In this document: piece after piece, positions 10,611 to 19,611 of the stretch | Layout: each line of letters begins with the position of its first letter | How positions within the stretch are numbered: position 1 is the stretch's first letter | NCBI GenBank assembly: GCA_963667595.2 | Contig: CAXXWD010000008.1 | Location: forward strand, 76,237 to 140,236 | DNA length: 64,000 nt | DNA from: Devosiaceae bacterium | Lineage (GTDB): Bacteria; Pseudomonadota; Alphaproteobacteria; Rhizobiales; Devosiaceae | Direction: 5' to 3' | Notes under the pieces: generated by a model | Databases searched by the model: none | The model's input: only the letters and a program-made list of their open reading frames with translations | What the model was told of the DNA's origin: nothing | Made by a program: the position numbers and the translations under genes

Positions 10611-11084
10611 TCAGCCCGCTATGTCCTCGCCGGGTTCGTCGTCGAGTTCGGCCAGAAAAGAGCGGAAGTCGTCGGCACTTGTGAAGTTCATGTAGACCGA
10701 GGCGAAGCGCACGAAGGCGACGTCGTCCAGTCCCTTGAGGCCCTCCATAACGAAAGAACCAATTTTTTCGGAGCTGATTTCGGCGTCCCCGAGGCTTTCG
10801 AGCTGCCTGACGACACCGGAAATCATGCGATCCACCCGTTCGGGATCGATATCGCGCTTCCTGACGGCGGTCGAAACCGAACGGGAAAGCTTATCGCGAT
10901 CAAACGGAACCTTGCGGCCCGACTTCTTGACGACGACGAGGTCCCGCAACTGCACGCGTTCGAAGGTGGTGAACCGCCCGCCGCAGTCGTTGCAGACGCG
11001 ACGACGCCGGATGGCGACCGAATCTTCGGTCGGCCGGCTATCCTTGACCTGGGTGTCGTCGGAACCGCAATAGGGACAGCGCAT
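10611..11084 (-). CDS. nrdR: Transcriptional repressor NrdR
   Basis: 157 aa. Zinc ribbon [18 protein letters not shown]...[12 protein letters not shown] followed by an ATP-cone. Confidence 0.93.
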   Translation of the reverse strand: MRCPYCGSDDTQVKDSRPTEDSVAIRRRRVCNDCGGRFTTFERVQLRDLVVVKKSGRKVPFDRDKLSRSVSTAVRKRDIDPERVDRMISGVVRQLESLGDAEISSEKIGSFVMEGLKGLDDVAFVRFASVYMNFTSADDFRSFLAELDDEPGEDIAG

Positions 11085-11090
11085 CAGGCC

Positions 11091-12386
11091 TCACACCGCT
11101 GGATAGATCGGAAAACGCGCGGTCAGGGCTTCGACCTTTTCGCGAACCGCCGCTTCGACACCGGCATTGCCTTCGTCCGAATTGGCGGCCTTGAGCCCAT
11201 CCAGAACCTCGACGATCAACCGGCCGATTTCCTCGAACTCGGCCGTGCCGAAGCCGCGGGTGGTGCCGGCCGGCGTGCCGAGACGCACGCCCGAGGTCAC
11301 GAACGGCTTTTCGGGATCGAACGGAATGGCGTTCTTGTTGCAGGTGATATAGGCCCGCCCGAGCGCGAGCTGGGCGCGCTTGCCGGTCGCGTTCTTGGGT
11401 CTGAGGTCAACCAGCATCAGGTGATTGTCGGTGCCGCCCGAAACGATGTCGAGGCCGTTGTCCTGAAGCGTCTTGGCGAGCGCCCTGGAGTTGTCAACGA
11501 CAGCCTGGGCATAGAGCTTGAAATCGTCGCTGAGTGCCTCGCCCAGCGCCACCGCCTTGGCGGCGATGACATGCATGAGCGGCCCGCCCTGCAGGCCTGG
11601 AAAGACCGCCGAATTGATCTTCTTGGCGATCGCCTCGTCGTTGGAAAGGATCATGCCGCCGCGCGGTCCCCTCAGCGACTTGTGGGTGGTGGTCGTCACC
11701 ACATGGGCATAGGGGCACGGCGAGGGATGAACGCCGCCGGCAACGAGACCGGCGATATGGGCCATGTCGACCATCAGATAGGCGCCGACGGAATCGGCGA
11801 TCTCGCGGAACCGTTTCCAGTCCCAGAAACGCGAATAGGCCGTGCCGCCGGCCAGAATGAGCTTGGGCTTGTGTTCGTGGGCCTTGCGTTCGACCTCGTC
11901 CATGTCGAGGAGGTCGTCGTCGCGCCTGACGCCGTAGGACACGACCTTGAACCACTTGCCCGACATGTTGACCGGCGAACCATGGGTCAGGTGACCGCCC
12001 GAATTGAGATCGAGCCCCATGAAGGTATCGCCCGGCTGCAACAGCGCCAGGAACACCGCCTGGTTCATCTGCGAGCCGGAATTGGGCTGCACATTGGCAA
12101 AATTGACACCGAACAGCTTCTTGGCGCGCTCGATGGCCAGGTTTTCGGCGATATCGACATACTGGCAACCGCCGTAATAGCGTTTGCCGGGATACCCCTC
12201 GGCATATTTGTTGGTCATGATCGAGCCCTGAGCCTCGAGCACGGCGCGCGAAACAATGTTCTCGGACGCGATCAGCTCGATCTCGTGGCTTTGCCGGTTG
12301 GCCTCAAGTGCGATGGCTTCCGCGATCTCGGGATCGCGCTCGGCAAGGGGCGATGAAAAGAAAGCAGTAGTGGTGGCGGCGTTCAT
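11091..12386 (-). CDS. glyA: Serine hydroxymethyltransferase
   Basis: 431 aa. [13 protein letters not shown], and [14 protein letters not shown] (PLP-binding lysine). Confidence 0.95.
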   Translation of the reverse strand: MNAATTTAFFSSPLAERDPEIAEAIALEANRQSHEIELIASENIVSRAVLEAQGSIMTNKYAEGYPGKRYYGGCQYVDIAENLAIERAKKLFGVNFANVQPNSGSQMNQAVFLALLQPGDTFMGLDLNSGGHLTHGSPVNMSGKWFKVVSYGVRRDDDLLDMDEVERKAHEHKPKLILAGGTAYSRFWDWKRFREIADSVGAYLMVDMAHIAGLVAGGVHPSPCPYAHVVTTTTHKSLRGPRGGMILSNDEAIAKKINSAVFPGLQGGPLMHVIAAKAVALGEALSDDFKLYAQAVVDNSRALAKTLQDNGLDIVSGGTDNHLMLVDLRPKNATGKRAQLALGRAYITCNKNAIPFDPEKPFVTSGVRLGTPAGTTRGFGTAEFEEIGRLIVEVLDGLKAANSDEGNAGVEAAVREKVEALTARFPIYPAV

Positions 12387-12519
12387 GACCGGTCCCCATG
12401 ATGATGCGAAAAAATGGCAGGACGGGCACGCTCTATCATGCGGCGCGCACTAAATCCAAGATGGAATAAACTGGACGTCGGGTGAGAAAGCCGTTTCATG
12501 ACGGGCTCCCGTTGTTCGA

Positions 12520-12606
12520 GGGTGCCCAGGCGAGCGGCGGCGGCGATCCGCGCTCCCCGATGGTGGCCCATCTTCATTCTCGCCAGTCGCGCGGACGCTT
12601 GGACCA
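12520..12606 (-). promoter_or_regulatory. ZTP (pfl-motif) riboswitch in the glyA leader
   Basis: The minus strand reads CGCGCGACUGGCGAGAAUGAAGAUGGGCCACCAUCGGGGAGCGCG...CCGCUCGCCUGGGCACC. This matches the recalled conserved GACUGGCG, CCACC..CGGGGAGCG and 3-prime CGCCUGGGCA pseudoknot segments. glyA is a known ZTP-regulated gene. Confidence 0.75.
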
Positions 12607-12660
12607 TACGGCATCAACCGCGCGAAGAAAAGACACGCCAGACATGCGGGAGCCGGTCGA

Positions 12661-12858
12661 TCACATGGATGTGGACAGCTTGCGCCTGAGCTTGGCCAGA
12701 GCGACCTGCTCGATCTGGGACCGCGGCGCATTGGCTGGCGCGACGATCACCACCTCCGTACCCGTTCGGGAATCGATGGCGCTGACGCGCATCTGCACGC
12801 CAACCCTTACGAACTCGAACAGGACTTCGCCCTGGCCGTCATCACCGGATTGCGGCAT
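12661..12858 (-). CDS. Small conserved hypothetical protein (65 aa)
   Basis: EVLFEFVRVGVQMRVSAIDSRTGTEVVIVAPANA resembles a small alphaproteobacterial family recalled from memory. Coding-like codon bias. The family name was not verified. Confidence 0.5.
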   Translation of the reverse strand: MPQSGDDGQGEVLFEFVRVGVQMRVSAIDSRTGTEVVIVAPANAPRSQIEQVALAKLRRKLSTSM

Positions 12859-12885
12859 GCCCCCTCCCCTCAGGTTGAGACACGA

Positions 12886-14202
12886 TCAGGCCGGAGTGTT
12901 GAACTCAACCTTTCCGGCAACGTCGAAATCGTAAATGTCATTTCGGAAACTGACCACCCCCTGGCGATTGGCCCAGGCGGTAATGTAGGTGGTCTGCAGC
13001 GGCACGGGGCTCTTGACCGAAACATCGAGCCGTTCGCCGGAAGCGAAAACGGCGTCGACCGCACTGATGTCCCAACCGTCGTCCCGCAGGATCCAGGCGA
13101 CCAGCACGTCGACCTCGTCGACGCGCACGCAGCCGGATGAGTGAAAGCGCTGGTTTTCACCGAACAGCGACTTGGACGGCGTATCGTGAAGATAAACGCT
13201 GTAGTCGTTGTTAAAATTGATGCGGACGTGCCCGAGCGAATTCTCGCCACCGGGGTCCTGCCGGAACATGTAGTTGACGGCATCGTCGGTCGACCAGTCG
13301 ATGTCGGCCGGCGTCAACTCGTTGCCTTTATAGTCGAAAATCCGGATGTTGTACTTGGTCAGATAATCCGGATCCTCGTTCATGTACTTGATGAGGTCGC
13401 GGCGAATGATGGATTTCGGCACCGTCCAGTAGGGGTTGAAATTGATCTGGTAGACCCTGGAACTGAGGATCGGGGTTTGCCTGTCGATCCGTCCGACAAC
13501 CGCGGTATGGCGATGGAAGACCTGCCCCGCCTCGACGGTTTCGATGGCGGCGGCGGGAATGTTGACGAGGATGTAGCGATCGGCCAGCGCCTGCGCAAAG
13601 TTCTGTACGCGCAACGCGTTGAGACGCATCTGGGAGATGCGTTCCTCGATCGGCACGTTCATGGTCAAAAAAGTGATGGGATCGAGCTTGCCGGTGATCT
13701 GCAACCCGTGACGGGCCTGGAAACGCCGGATGCCGGCATCGGTCGCCGCATCGAACATGTCGGTGACGCGAGGCTGCTCTTCCATGTCGCCCGAAATCAT
13801 CAACCGGCGCTTGAGATAACTTACGGCGCTGGATTCGTTGCCCGCCACGAGATTGAGCGCGTTGCGCGACAGCTCGCCCCAACCACCCTTCTTGGCGATC
13901 TGCTCGTACTGCATGATGGCGAGTTCGAGATTGTAGGCGGTGTCGAACGACAGAATGGGTTCATTGGTGTCGATCGCATCGAGTGCGGCGGTGGTGTTGC
14001 CTTCTCGATCGGTGTTTTTGAGCGCGATCGCCCGCCTGATGTCTTCGAGTACCGAATCCTCAGCCTGTCCCCGATTTGCCAGTGTCATAAGGGCACCGGC
14101 GCCAAGTCCAGCCAAGAGGTCGCGCCGTCTCAGGCGCAAGCTTTCGCCTACCATCACTTCGTCCTGTTTGCGGGTTCCGTACGAACGGGCGGTGTTTACC
14201 AT
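12886..14202 (-). CDS. L,D-transpeptidase family protein with peptidoglycan-binding domain
   Basis: 438 aa. Tat-like RRRDLL signal, PG-binding repeat (AGIRRFQARHGL), and YkuD catalytic motif HDTPSKSLFGENQRFHSSGCVRV. The start could be the ATG at 14154. Confidence 0.88.
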   Translation of the reverse strand: MVNTARSYGTRKQDEVMVGESLRLRRRDLLAGLGAGALMTLANRGQAEDSVLEDIRRAIALKNTDREGNTTAALDAIDTNEPILSFDTAYNLELAIMQYEQIAKKGGWGELSRNALNLVAGNESSAVSYLKRRLMISGDMEEQPRVTDMFDAATDAGIRRFQARHGLQITGKLDPITFLTMNVPIEERISQMRLNALRVQNFAQALADRYILVNIPAAAIETVEAGQVFHRHTAVVGRIDRQTPILSSRVYQINFNPYWTVPKSIIRRDLIKYMNEDPDYLTKYNIRIFDYKGNELTPADIDWSTDDAVNYMFRQDPGGENSLGHVRINFNNDYSVYLHDTPSKSLFGENQRFHSSGCVRVDEVDVLVAWILRDDGWDISAVDAVFASGERLDVSVKSPVPLQTTYITAWANRQGVVSFRNDIYDFDVAGKVEFNTPA

Positions 14203-14357
14203 TCATGAGAGGATGGAGCAATCTCGTCACCGGTTAGTGACACGCATCCAGCCCTGAAGACAAACGCCGCTTTCTGGCGATAGGCAGGCTTTGCGGCGCA
14301 AATAAGAAACGCCAGCACATTACTGGCGTTCCCGTAAGTCGCATCGCGATGGATCGC

Positions 14358-14867
14358 TCAGAGCTTATAGAGAATCTGGTCGACCCAGAAGCGTTCGAGC
14401 AGCGCCAGCGAGGCATTGAGCTTGCGGAACTCGTCATCGCCAAGACCACCGACCTTGTCGATCGACTTCATGTGACGGTCATACAGTTCATCGATCACCT
14501 CGGCCACTTCTTCGCCCTTCGGGGTCAGACGGATGCGCACCGAACGGCGATCGGCGCGGGACCGTTCCTGGAAGATATAGCCGGTCTCGACGAGCTTCTT
14601 GAGATTGTACGAAACGTTCGAGCCGAGATAGTAGCCGCGCGAACGCAGCTCACCGGCCGTCAACTCCGACTCGCCGATATTGAACATCATCAGCGCCTGG
14701 ATGGGATTGATGTCATCCCAGCCCATTCTGTCGAACTCGTCCTTGATCAGGTCGAGCAGACGGCGGTGCAGACGTTCGACGCGGGAGACAGTTTCGAGAT
14801 AGAGCGGCTTGAGGTTTTCGCCCGTATCGGGAACCGAAACCTCAGCTGTGTTTGTTTTGGCGACCAT
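14358..14867 (-). CDS. MarR family transcriptional regulator (LdtR-like by position)
   Basis: 169 aa winged-helix MarR core (LTAGELRSRGYYLGSNVSYNLKKLVETGYI...DRRSVRIRLTPKG). It lies directly upstream of the L,D-transpeptidase, as for ldtR-ldtP in Sinorhizobium and Liberibacter. Confidence 0.75.
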   Translation of the reverse strand: MVAKTNTAEVSVPDTGENLKPLYLETVSRVERLHRRLLDLIKDEFDRMGWDDINPIQALMMFNIGESELTAGELRSRGYYLGSNVSYNLKKLVETGYIFQERSRADRRSVRIRLTPKGEEVAEVIDELYDRHMKSIDKVGGLGDDEFRKLNASLALLERFWVDQILYKL

Positions 14868-15034
14868 GTCCTTGCCTCACTGTTGTCGTGCGCGGTTTTC
14901 CGCGTCTTCCCGACCGTTGTAGCAAGATCCAAATAAACTCGAATTAAGCGATAGACTTAAAACTATCTTACTGAAAGAATTCGAGAAATTGCCTTTCGAA
15001 TTGGTTATCGCGCCTAACGTTGAAGTAACCTTTC

Positions 15035-15424
15035 TCAGTCGTGAACGGCGCCCGCCTTGCCGATATGACTGAAAATACAAAGACCGACTGCGGCGATGAG
15101 GATCACCAGCGTCATGAGAAAATCCGTCGATGGCAGACGGATATCGGCGTTTCCCATCAGCGTGAGCGCCAGTTCGGCACCGGCGGTTCCGGTGGCCACC
15201 ACGCAGCCCCAGTTCGAGCCGATCCAGATGCCGACCGCCGCGAACAGATAACCCACCGCGAAGATCGTCAGCCAGGTGAACCCGGCCACGCCGAACACGG
15301 CGATCGGACTTTGGCTGCCGCCACCTGCCCCGAGCAGGCGCGCCGCCAGTTCCAGCCCGACATAAAGGCAGAACGCAGCCAGCACACGGCCGCCAAAAAC
15401 AGTTAACCTGGCAATCGAAGTCAT
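15035..15424 (-). CDS. Hypothetical integral membrane protein (4 predicted TM helices)
   Basis: 129 aa from the ATG at 15424, preceded by GAGGAGG. Hydrophobic throughout. The longer ORF start at 15493 runs into a repeat element. Confidence 0.55.
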   Translation of the reverse strand: MTSIARLTVFGGRVLAAFCLYVGLELAARLLGAGGGSQSPIAVFGVAGFTWLTIFAVGYLFAAVGIWIGSNWGCVVATGTAGAELALTLMGNADIRLPSTDFLMTLVILIAAVGLCIFSHIGKAGAVHD

Positions 15425-15463
15425 GGCACCTCCTCGTTTTCGATCAGCCCCGACGCAGCGGTT

Positions 15464-15503
15464 CAGCAAAAACCGGTTTCCACTTTCTCGCACGATGCTC
15501 TAG
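15464..15503 (-). repeat. Truncated copy of the intergenic repeat core
   Basis: The reverse complement reads CTAGAGCATCGTGCGAGAAAGTGGAAACCGGTTTTTGCTG. It shares the boundary motif CTAGAGC and the AAAGTGGAnnCCGGTTTTT core. Confidence 0.6.
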
Positions 15504-15539
15504 GAGTCGGTCCCAACAGGCAAGAACGAGGATGGTGAA

Positions 15540-16553
15540 ATGTCGGCGAACTGGCCGCGTCACGATATGGCGTTTCTAGACGGACGGCGGCAGCGCCGGC
15601 TGCGTCAAACGGGATGGGTGCGCAATATGGTGCGCGAAACGACGCTTTCGCCCGCCGATCTCATCTGGCCGCTTTTCGTGATCGAAGGGAAGAACGAACG
15701 CGCACCGATCAAGACCATGCCGGGCGTCGACCGACTCAGCATCGACCTGTTGGTTAAGGCGGCGCGGGAAGCGGCCGATGCCGGCATTCCCGCCCTGGCC
15801 CTGTTCCCCAACACGCCCGATCCTTTACGCAGCGCAGATGCACAGGAAGCCGTCAATCCGGACAATCTGATCTGCCGGGCGTCACGCGCCATCAAGGACG
15901 CCGTGCCCGAAATCGGGCTCATTACCGACACGGCGCTCGATGAGTATTCGGCCAACGGTCAGGACGGGCTCGTCCGGGATGGAGAGATCCTCAACGACGA
16001 AACCGTTGCCCTCATGGTCCGCGCAGCCGTCATGCAGGCCCGGGCCGGCGCCGACGTGATCGCGCCGTCCGACATGATGGACGGGCGGATCGGCGCCATT
16101 CGCGCCGCACTTGATGCCGAAGGGTTTGAAAAGACCCTCATCATGTCCTATTCGGCCAAATACGCCTCCTGCTTTTATGGACCGTTCCGCGACGCGGTCG
16201 GTTCCGGCAGCCGGCTTGTCGGTGACAAACGGACCTATCAGCTCGATTTCGCCAATTCCGACGAAGCGATGCGCGAAGTGGCTCAGGATCTCGACGAAGG
16301 CGCCGACATTGTCATGGTCAAACCGGGCTTGCCCTATCTCGACATCGTCCGTCGGGTGAAGGACACTTTCAACGTGCCCGTGGCCGCCTATCAGGTCTCG
16401 GGCGAATACGCCATGATCACCATGGCCGCTGCGGCCGGCGCTTTCGACAGAACGGCGGCGATGATGGAAAGCCTCATGGCCTTCAAACGGGCTGGGTGCG
16501 ACACTGTGCTCACCTATTTTGCCCTGGAAGCGGCGCGTTTGATGGCGGAATAA
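15540..16553 (+). CDS. hemB: Porphobilinogen synthase (delta-aminolevulinate dehydratase)
   Basis: 337 aa. DVIAPSDMMDGR, and MVKPGLPYLD containing the active-site lysine. Confidence 0.92.
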   Translation: MSANWPRHDMAFLDGRRQRRLRQTGWVRNMVRETTLSPADLIWPLFVIEGKNERAPIKTMPGVDRLSIDLLVKAAREAADAGIPALALFPNTPDPLRSADAQEAVNPDNLICRASRAIKDAVPEIGLITDTALDEYSANGQDGLVRDGEILNDETVALMVRAAVMQARAGADVIAPSDMMDGRIGAIRAALDAEGFEKTLIMSYSAKYASCFYGPFRDAVGSGSRLVGDKRTYQLDFANSDEAMREVAQDLDEGADIVMVKPGLPYLDIVRRVKDTFNVPVAAYQVSGEYAMITMAAAAGAFDRTAAMMESLMAFKRAGCDTVLTYFALEAARLMAE

Positions 16554-16619
16554 TCCAATAGCGTTCTTGTTGGCCTTTATTGCCATCCCCATGTGATGGG
16601 TATCAAAGGAGTAACCAAG

Positions 16620-17105
16620 ATGAATGACATGCTCCCCGATCCCGAAACGGCGCCGGAACTGTTCGAAGGCGTGCTGACCCGCCGCGTCCTGGCTTTTTGC
16701 ATCGATGTGATCATTCTGGCCGGGATTATGGCCATCGCAGCGTCGGTCGCGGTGATCGGTGGTATTTTCACCCTCGGTCTGGGCTTGCTCGCCACGCCGC
16801 TGATCCTGCTGTTCTCGATCGTTCTTTATTACGGCGCCACGCTCGGCTCCTCGCGCCGGGCAACCGTCGGCATGCAGTTGATGGATATCGTTTTGACCCC
16901 GACACACGGCCTGCCGCTCGACGGATGGCGGGCTTTCGCCCATCCGCTCGTTTACTGGCTGACCTGTTGGGTGCTGCCGCCATTTTCACTGGCGGTCGCC
17001 CTGTTCACGCCACGCCGGCAATTGCTGCACGACCTGCTTTTAGGCACGCTGATGGTCAGGCGATCGCCAATGGAACGGCACTGGCGGGATTATCAGACCA
17101 TCTAG
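16620..17105 (+). CDS. RDD family membrane protein
   Basis: 161 aa from the ATG at 16620, preceded by AAGGAG. It has an RRVLAFCIDVIIL start, TM helices and a C-terminal LHDLLLGT, typical of RDD. Confidence 0.65.
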   Translation: MNDMLPDPETAPELFEGVLTRRVLAFCIDVIILAGIMAIAASVAVIGGIFTLGLGLLATPLILLFSIVLYYGATLGSSRRATVGMQLMDIVLTPTHGLPLDGWRAFAHPLVYWLTCWVLPPFSLAVALFTPRRQLLHDLLLGTLMVRRSPMERHWRDYQTI

Positions 17106-17524
17106 AGCGCCGACGCATGAGTTGGTGCGTGCGCCAACGCCAAATTCAGACGGGATGAGACCCCGGATTTTGGCCATGCCATGCGACCAACTCTGCGTCC
17201 TCCCCTTGAAAAGAAAATCCAGTTCACACGGGTCTCCGGGTAAAAGAAGCCTTTCGCGCCGTCGACGCGGCGCGGCTGGACACCCGATCAAGCCGGGGCA
17301 TGATGTGGGGGGATTTGGCGGGTTGAAGTGACATAAGTGCCACCGACGACCCCCAATGAACACTGCCACAGGCCTGGGACGTCCGTGGGGACTAAACAGA
17401 AACGCCTTTTGCCGAAACGGGATAGGACAGAAGTCCCGCATATCCGTTGAACTCTGTGGAACCCTCGGAAACGGCAAAAAATGCGCTTGGCTCCGGAGCA
17501 CGCCTCGCGCATGATCCCGACACG

Positions 17525-19336
17525 ATGGACTTCAGCGCGATCCTAGACCAGCTTCCGATGTGGACGACCTTCGCGGTGATCGTCGTCGCACTCTGCTTTT
17601 ATGCCCTGGAATGGGCCACCATCGAGACCGTCTCGCTCGGCACGATCGTGGCGCTCATGGCCGAAGCGATCCTGTTGCCGGGGTCCGGTTTCGCACCCGA
17701 CGAACTCATTGCCGGCTTCGCCAATCCCGCCCTTTTGACCATCCTGTCGCTATTGGTCATGGGTCAGGGCCTGATCCAGACCGAGGCGCTTTCCCGCCTG
17801 ACCGAATTCCTGTCCGGCCTGTGGCCGAAATATCCGTCCCGCGTCGTCGCGCTGGCCCTGGTCATCGCTGCCGCCATCTCTTCTGTGATCAACAACACCC
17901 CCGTTGTCGTTGTTTTCATGCCGGTTCTGGCGGCGGTCCTCACCCGGCGCAATCTGTCCCCGTCGCGCTATATGATGCCCTTGAGCTTCATCACCATTCT
18001 CGGCGGCATGACGACAATCCTCGGCTCCTCGACCAACCTGCTCGCCGTCGGCATTGCCCGCAATGCCGGGATCGAAAGCATCGACTTCTTCTCGTTTGCG
18101 GTGCCGGGTCTTGCCATGGCCCTTGTCGGCGGGCTTTACGTCTTCTTCGTCGTGCCACGCATCCTGCCGGACAACACCGGCACCAAGACCGGCACGCGCC
18201 GCAACACCCAGTTCATCACCGAAATCCATCTCGGACCCGATCATCCCCTGGTCGGAGACGAGACCGTCGCCGGCATGTTCCCCAAGCTGACCAATATAAC
18301 GGTGAGAGCCGTCAGGCGCGGCCGCCAGGACTTTTTGCCGCCGTTCGACGACATCGTGCTGAAGCCCGGGGACACGCTGATCATCGCCGCAACCCGCAAG
18401 ACCCTGACCGAGGCCATCCGCAACTGGCACATGCTCGACGATCACGCCGGCACGACGATCGACATCGACGATACCGACGCCAATTTCATCCTGTGCGAGT
18501 CGCTGGTGCCGCCGGGCTCGCGCCTGGTTAATAACGGCATCGATCAGGCCGGCTTCATGGCCCAATACGGCGTTTTGATTCTCGGCGTCGAACGCCGCTC
18601 CCGTATGCCGCGGCAATTGCTGAGCGAGTTACGGCTCGAAGCCGGCGACGTGCTGCTGATCGCCGGCAGACCCAAGGCGCTCGAACGCATGCGCGGCCTT
18701 CAGGATCTCGTCGTGCTCGAATGGAGTGCCGCCGAGGTGCGCCCGACGGGTCGCACCCTTTACGCCTGGGCCATTTTTGCCCTGACCATCATGGGCATCG
18801 CCAGCGGCGTCGTTCCGGCGGTGGCGGCGTCCATCGGCGGGGCTTTCGCCATGATCGCCACCGGCTGCCTTAACATCCGGCAGGCGGGTCGTGCCCTCGA
18901 CAGGCGCGTCATCATGCTGGTCGGCGCGTCGATCGCCATGGCCACCGCCATGCAGGCCACCGGAGGCGCCGACGCCATTGCCGCTCTGGCGGTGGGGCTT
19001 CTCGACAATCAGCCGCCGGCCGCGCTCATGGCCGGACTGTTCATCGTCGTCGCTGTCCTGACCAATGTCCTGTCCAACAACGCCACGGCCGTGCTGTTCA
19101 CCCCGATCGCCGTTTCCGCGGCGGCGCAGATCGGCATCGATCCCCTCCCCCTGGTGGTTTCGGTGATCCTCGGGGCCAACGCCTCCTTCGCCTCGCCGAT
19201 CGGCTATCAGACCAATCTTCTGGTCATGGGCGCCGGTCACTACCGGTTCCGCGATTTCGTCGTCGCCGGAACACCGCTGGTGCTGCTGGTCTGGCTGGTC
19301 TTCTGCCTCGTCGCCCCCTGGTATTACGGCGTGTGA
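17525..19336 (+). CDS. SLC13/DASS-type permease with two central TrkA-C domains
   Basis: 603 aa from the ATG at 17525. Two polytopic halves flank two TrkA-C-like segments (GDTLIIAA.., GDVLLIAG..), and the SVINNTP / LSNNATA hairpin motifs are present. Confidence 0.8.
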   Translation: MDFSAILDQLPMWTTFAVIVVALCFYALEWATIETVSLGTIVALMAEAILLPGSGFAPDELIAGFANPALLTILSLLVMGQGLIQTEALSRLTEFLSGLWPKYPSRVVALALVIAAAISSVINNTPVVVVFMPVLAAVLTRRNLSPSRYMMPLSFITILGGMTTILGSSTNLLAVGIARNAGIESIDFFSFAVPGLAMALVGGLYVFFVVPRILPDNTGTKTGTRRNTQFITEIHLGPDHPLVGDETVAGMFPKLTNITVRAVRRGRQDFLPPFDDIVLKPGDTLIIAATRKTLTEAIRNWHMLDDHAGTTIDIDDTDANFILCESLVPPGSRLVNNGIDQAGFMAQYGVLILGVERRSRMPRQLLSELRLEAGDVLLIAGRPKALERMRGLQDLVVLEWSAAEVRPTGRTLYAWAIFALTIMGIASGVVPAVAASIGGAFAMIATGCLNIRQAGRALDRRVIMLVGASIAMATAMQATGGADAIAALAVGLLDNQPPAALMAGLFIVVAVLTNVLSNNATAVLFTPIAVSAAAQIGIDPLPLVVSVILGANASFASPIGYQTNLLVMGAGHYRFRDFVVAGTPLVLLVWLVFCLVAPWYYGV

Positions 19337-19444
19337 AAAGAACGGCTTTACCGAAATCAAACCCGCTTCCCCTTTGTCTGCAAACACATTAGTCTTTATT
19401 TTCAGCGGCAGCATTTGAGCGAGGAGTGCATCCAGTCCGAGAGG

Positions 19445-19550
19445 CAAAAGCGACGGGCGAGAAAGTGGAATCCGGTTTTTCGCATCAACCGCCGCGACCA
19501 CCTGGACCTGGGGCTGGGTGTTTTGATGCAATCAAAACGCCCGAAGCTCC
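19445..19550 (+). repeat. Two-hairpin intergenic repeat (RIME-like family), full copy
   Basis: Hairpin 1 spans 19450-19495 (GCGACGG...CCGCCGC around GAGAAAGTGGAATCCGGTTTTTCG). Hairpin 2 spans 19516-19542 (GGGTGTTTTGAT-GCA-ATCAAAACGCCC). Confidence 0.75.
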
Positions 19551-19611
19551 AGATGTCTCCTTTCAACTTTGGCAAAGGGATGAGGCCGCGCGCCGCGCGT
19601 AGAATGGCAAG

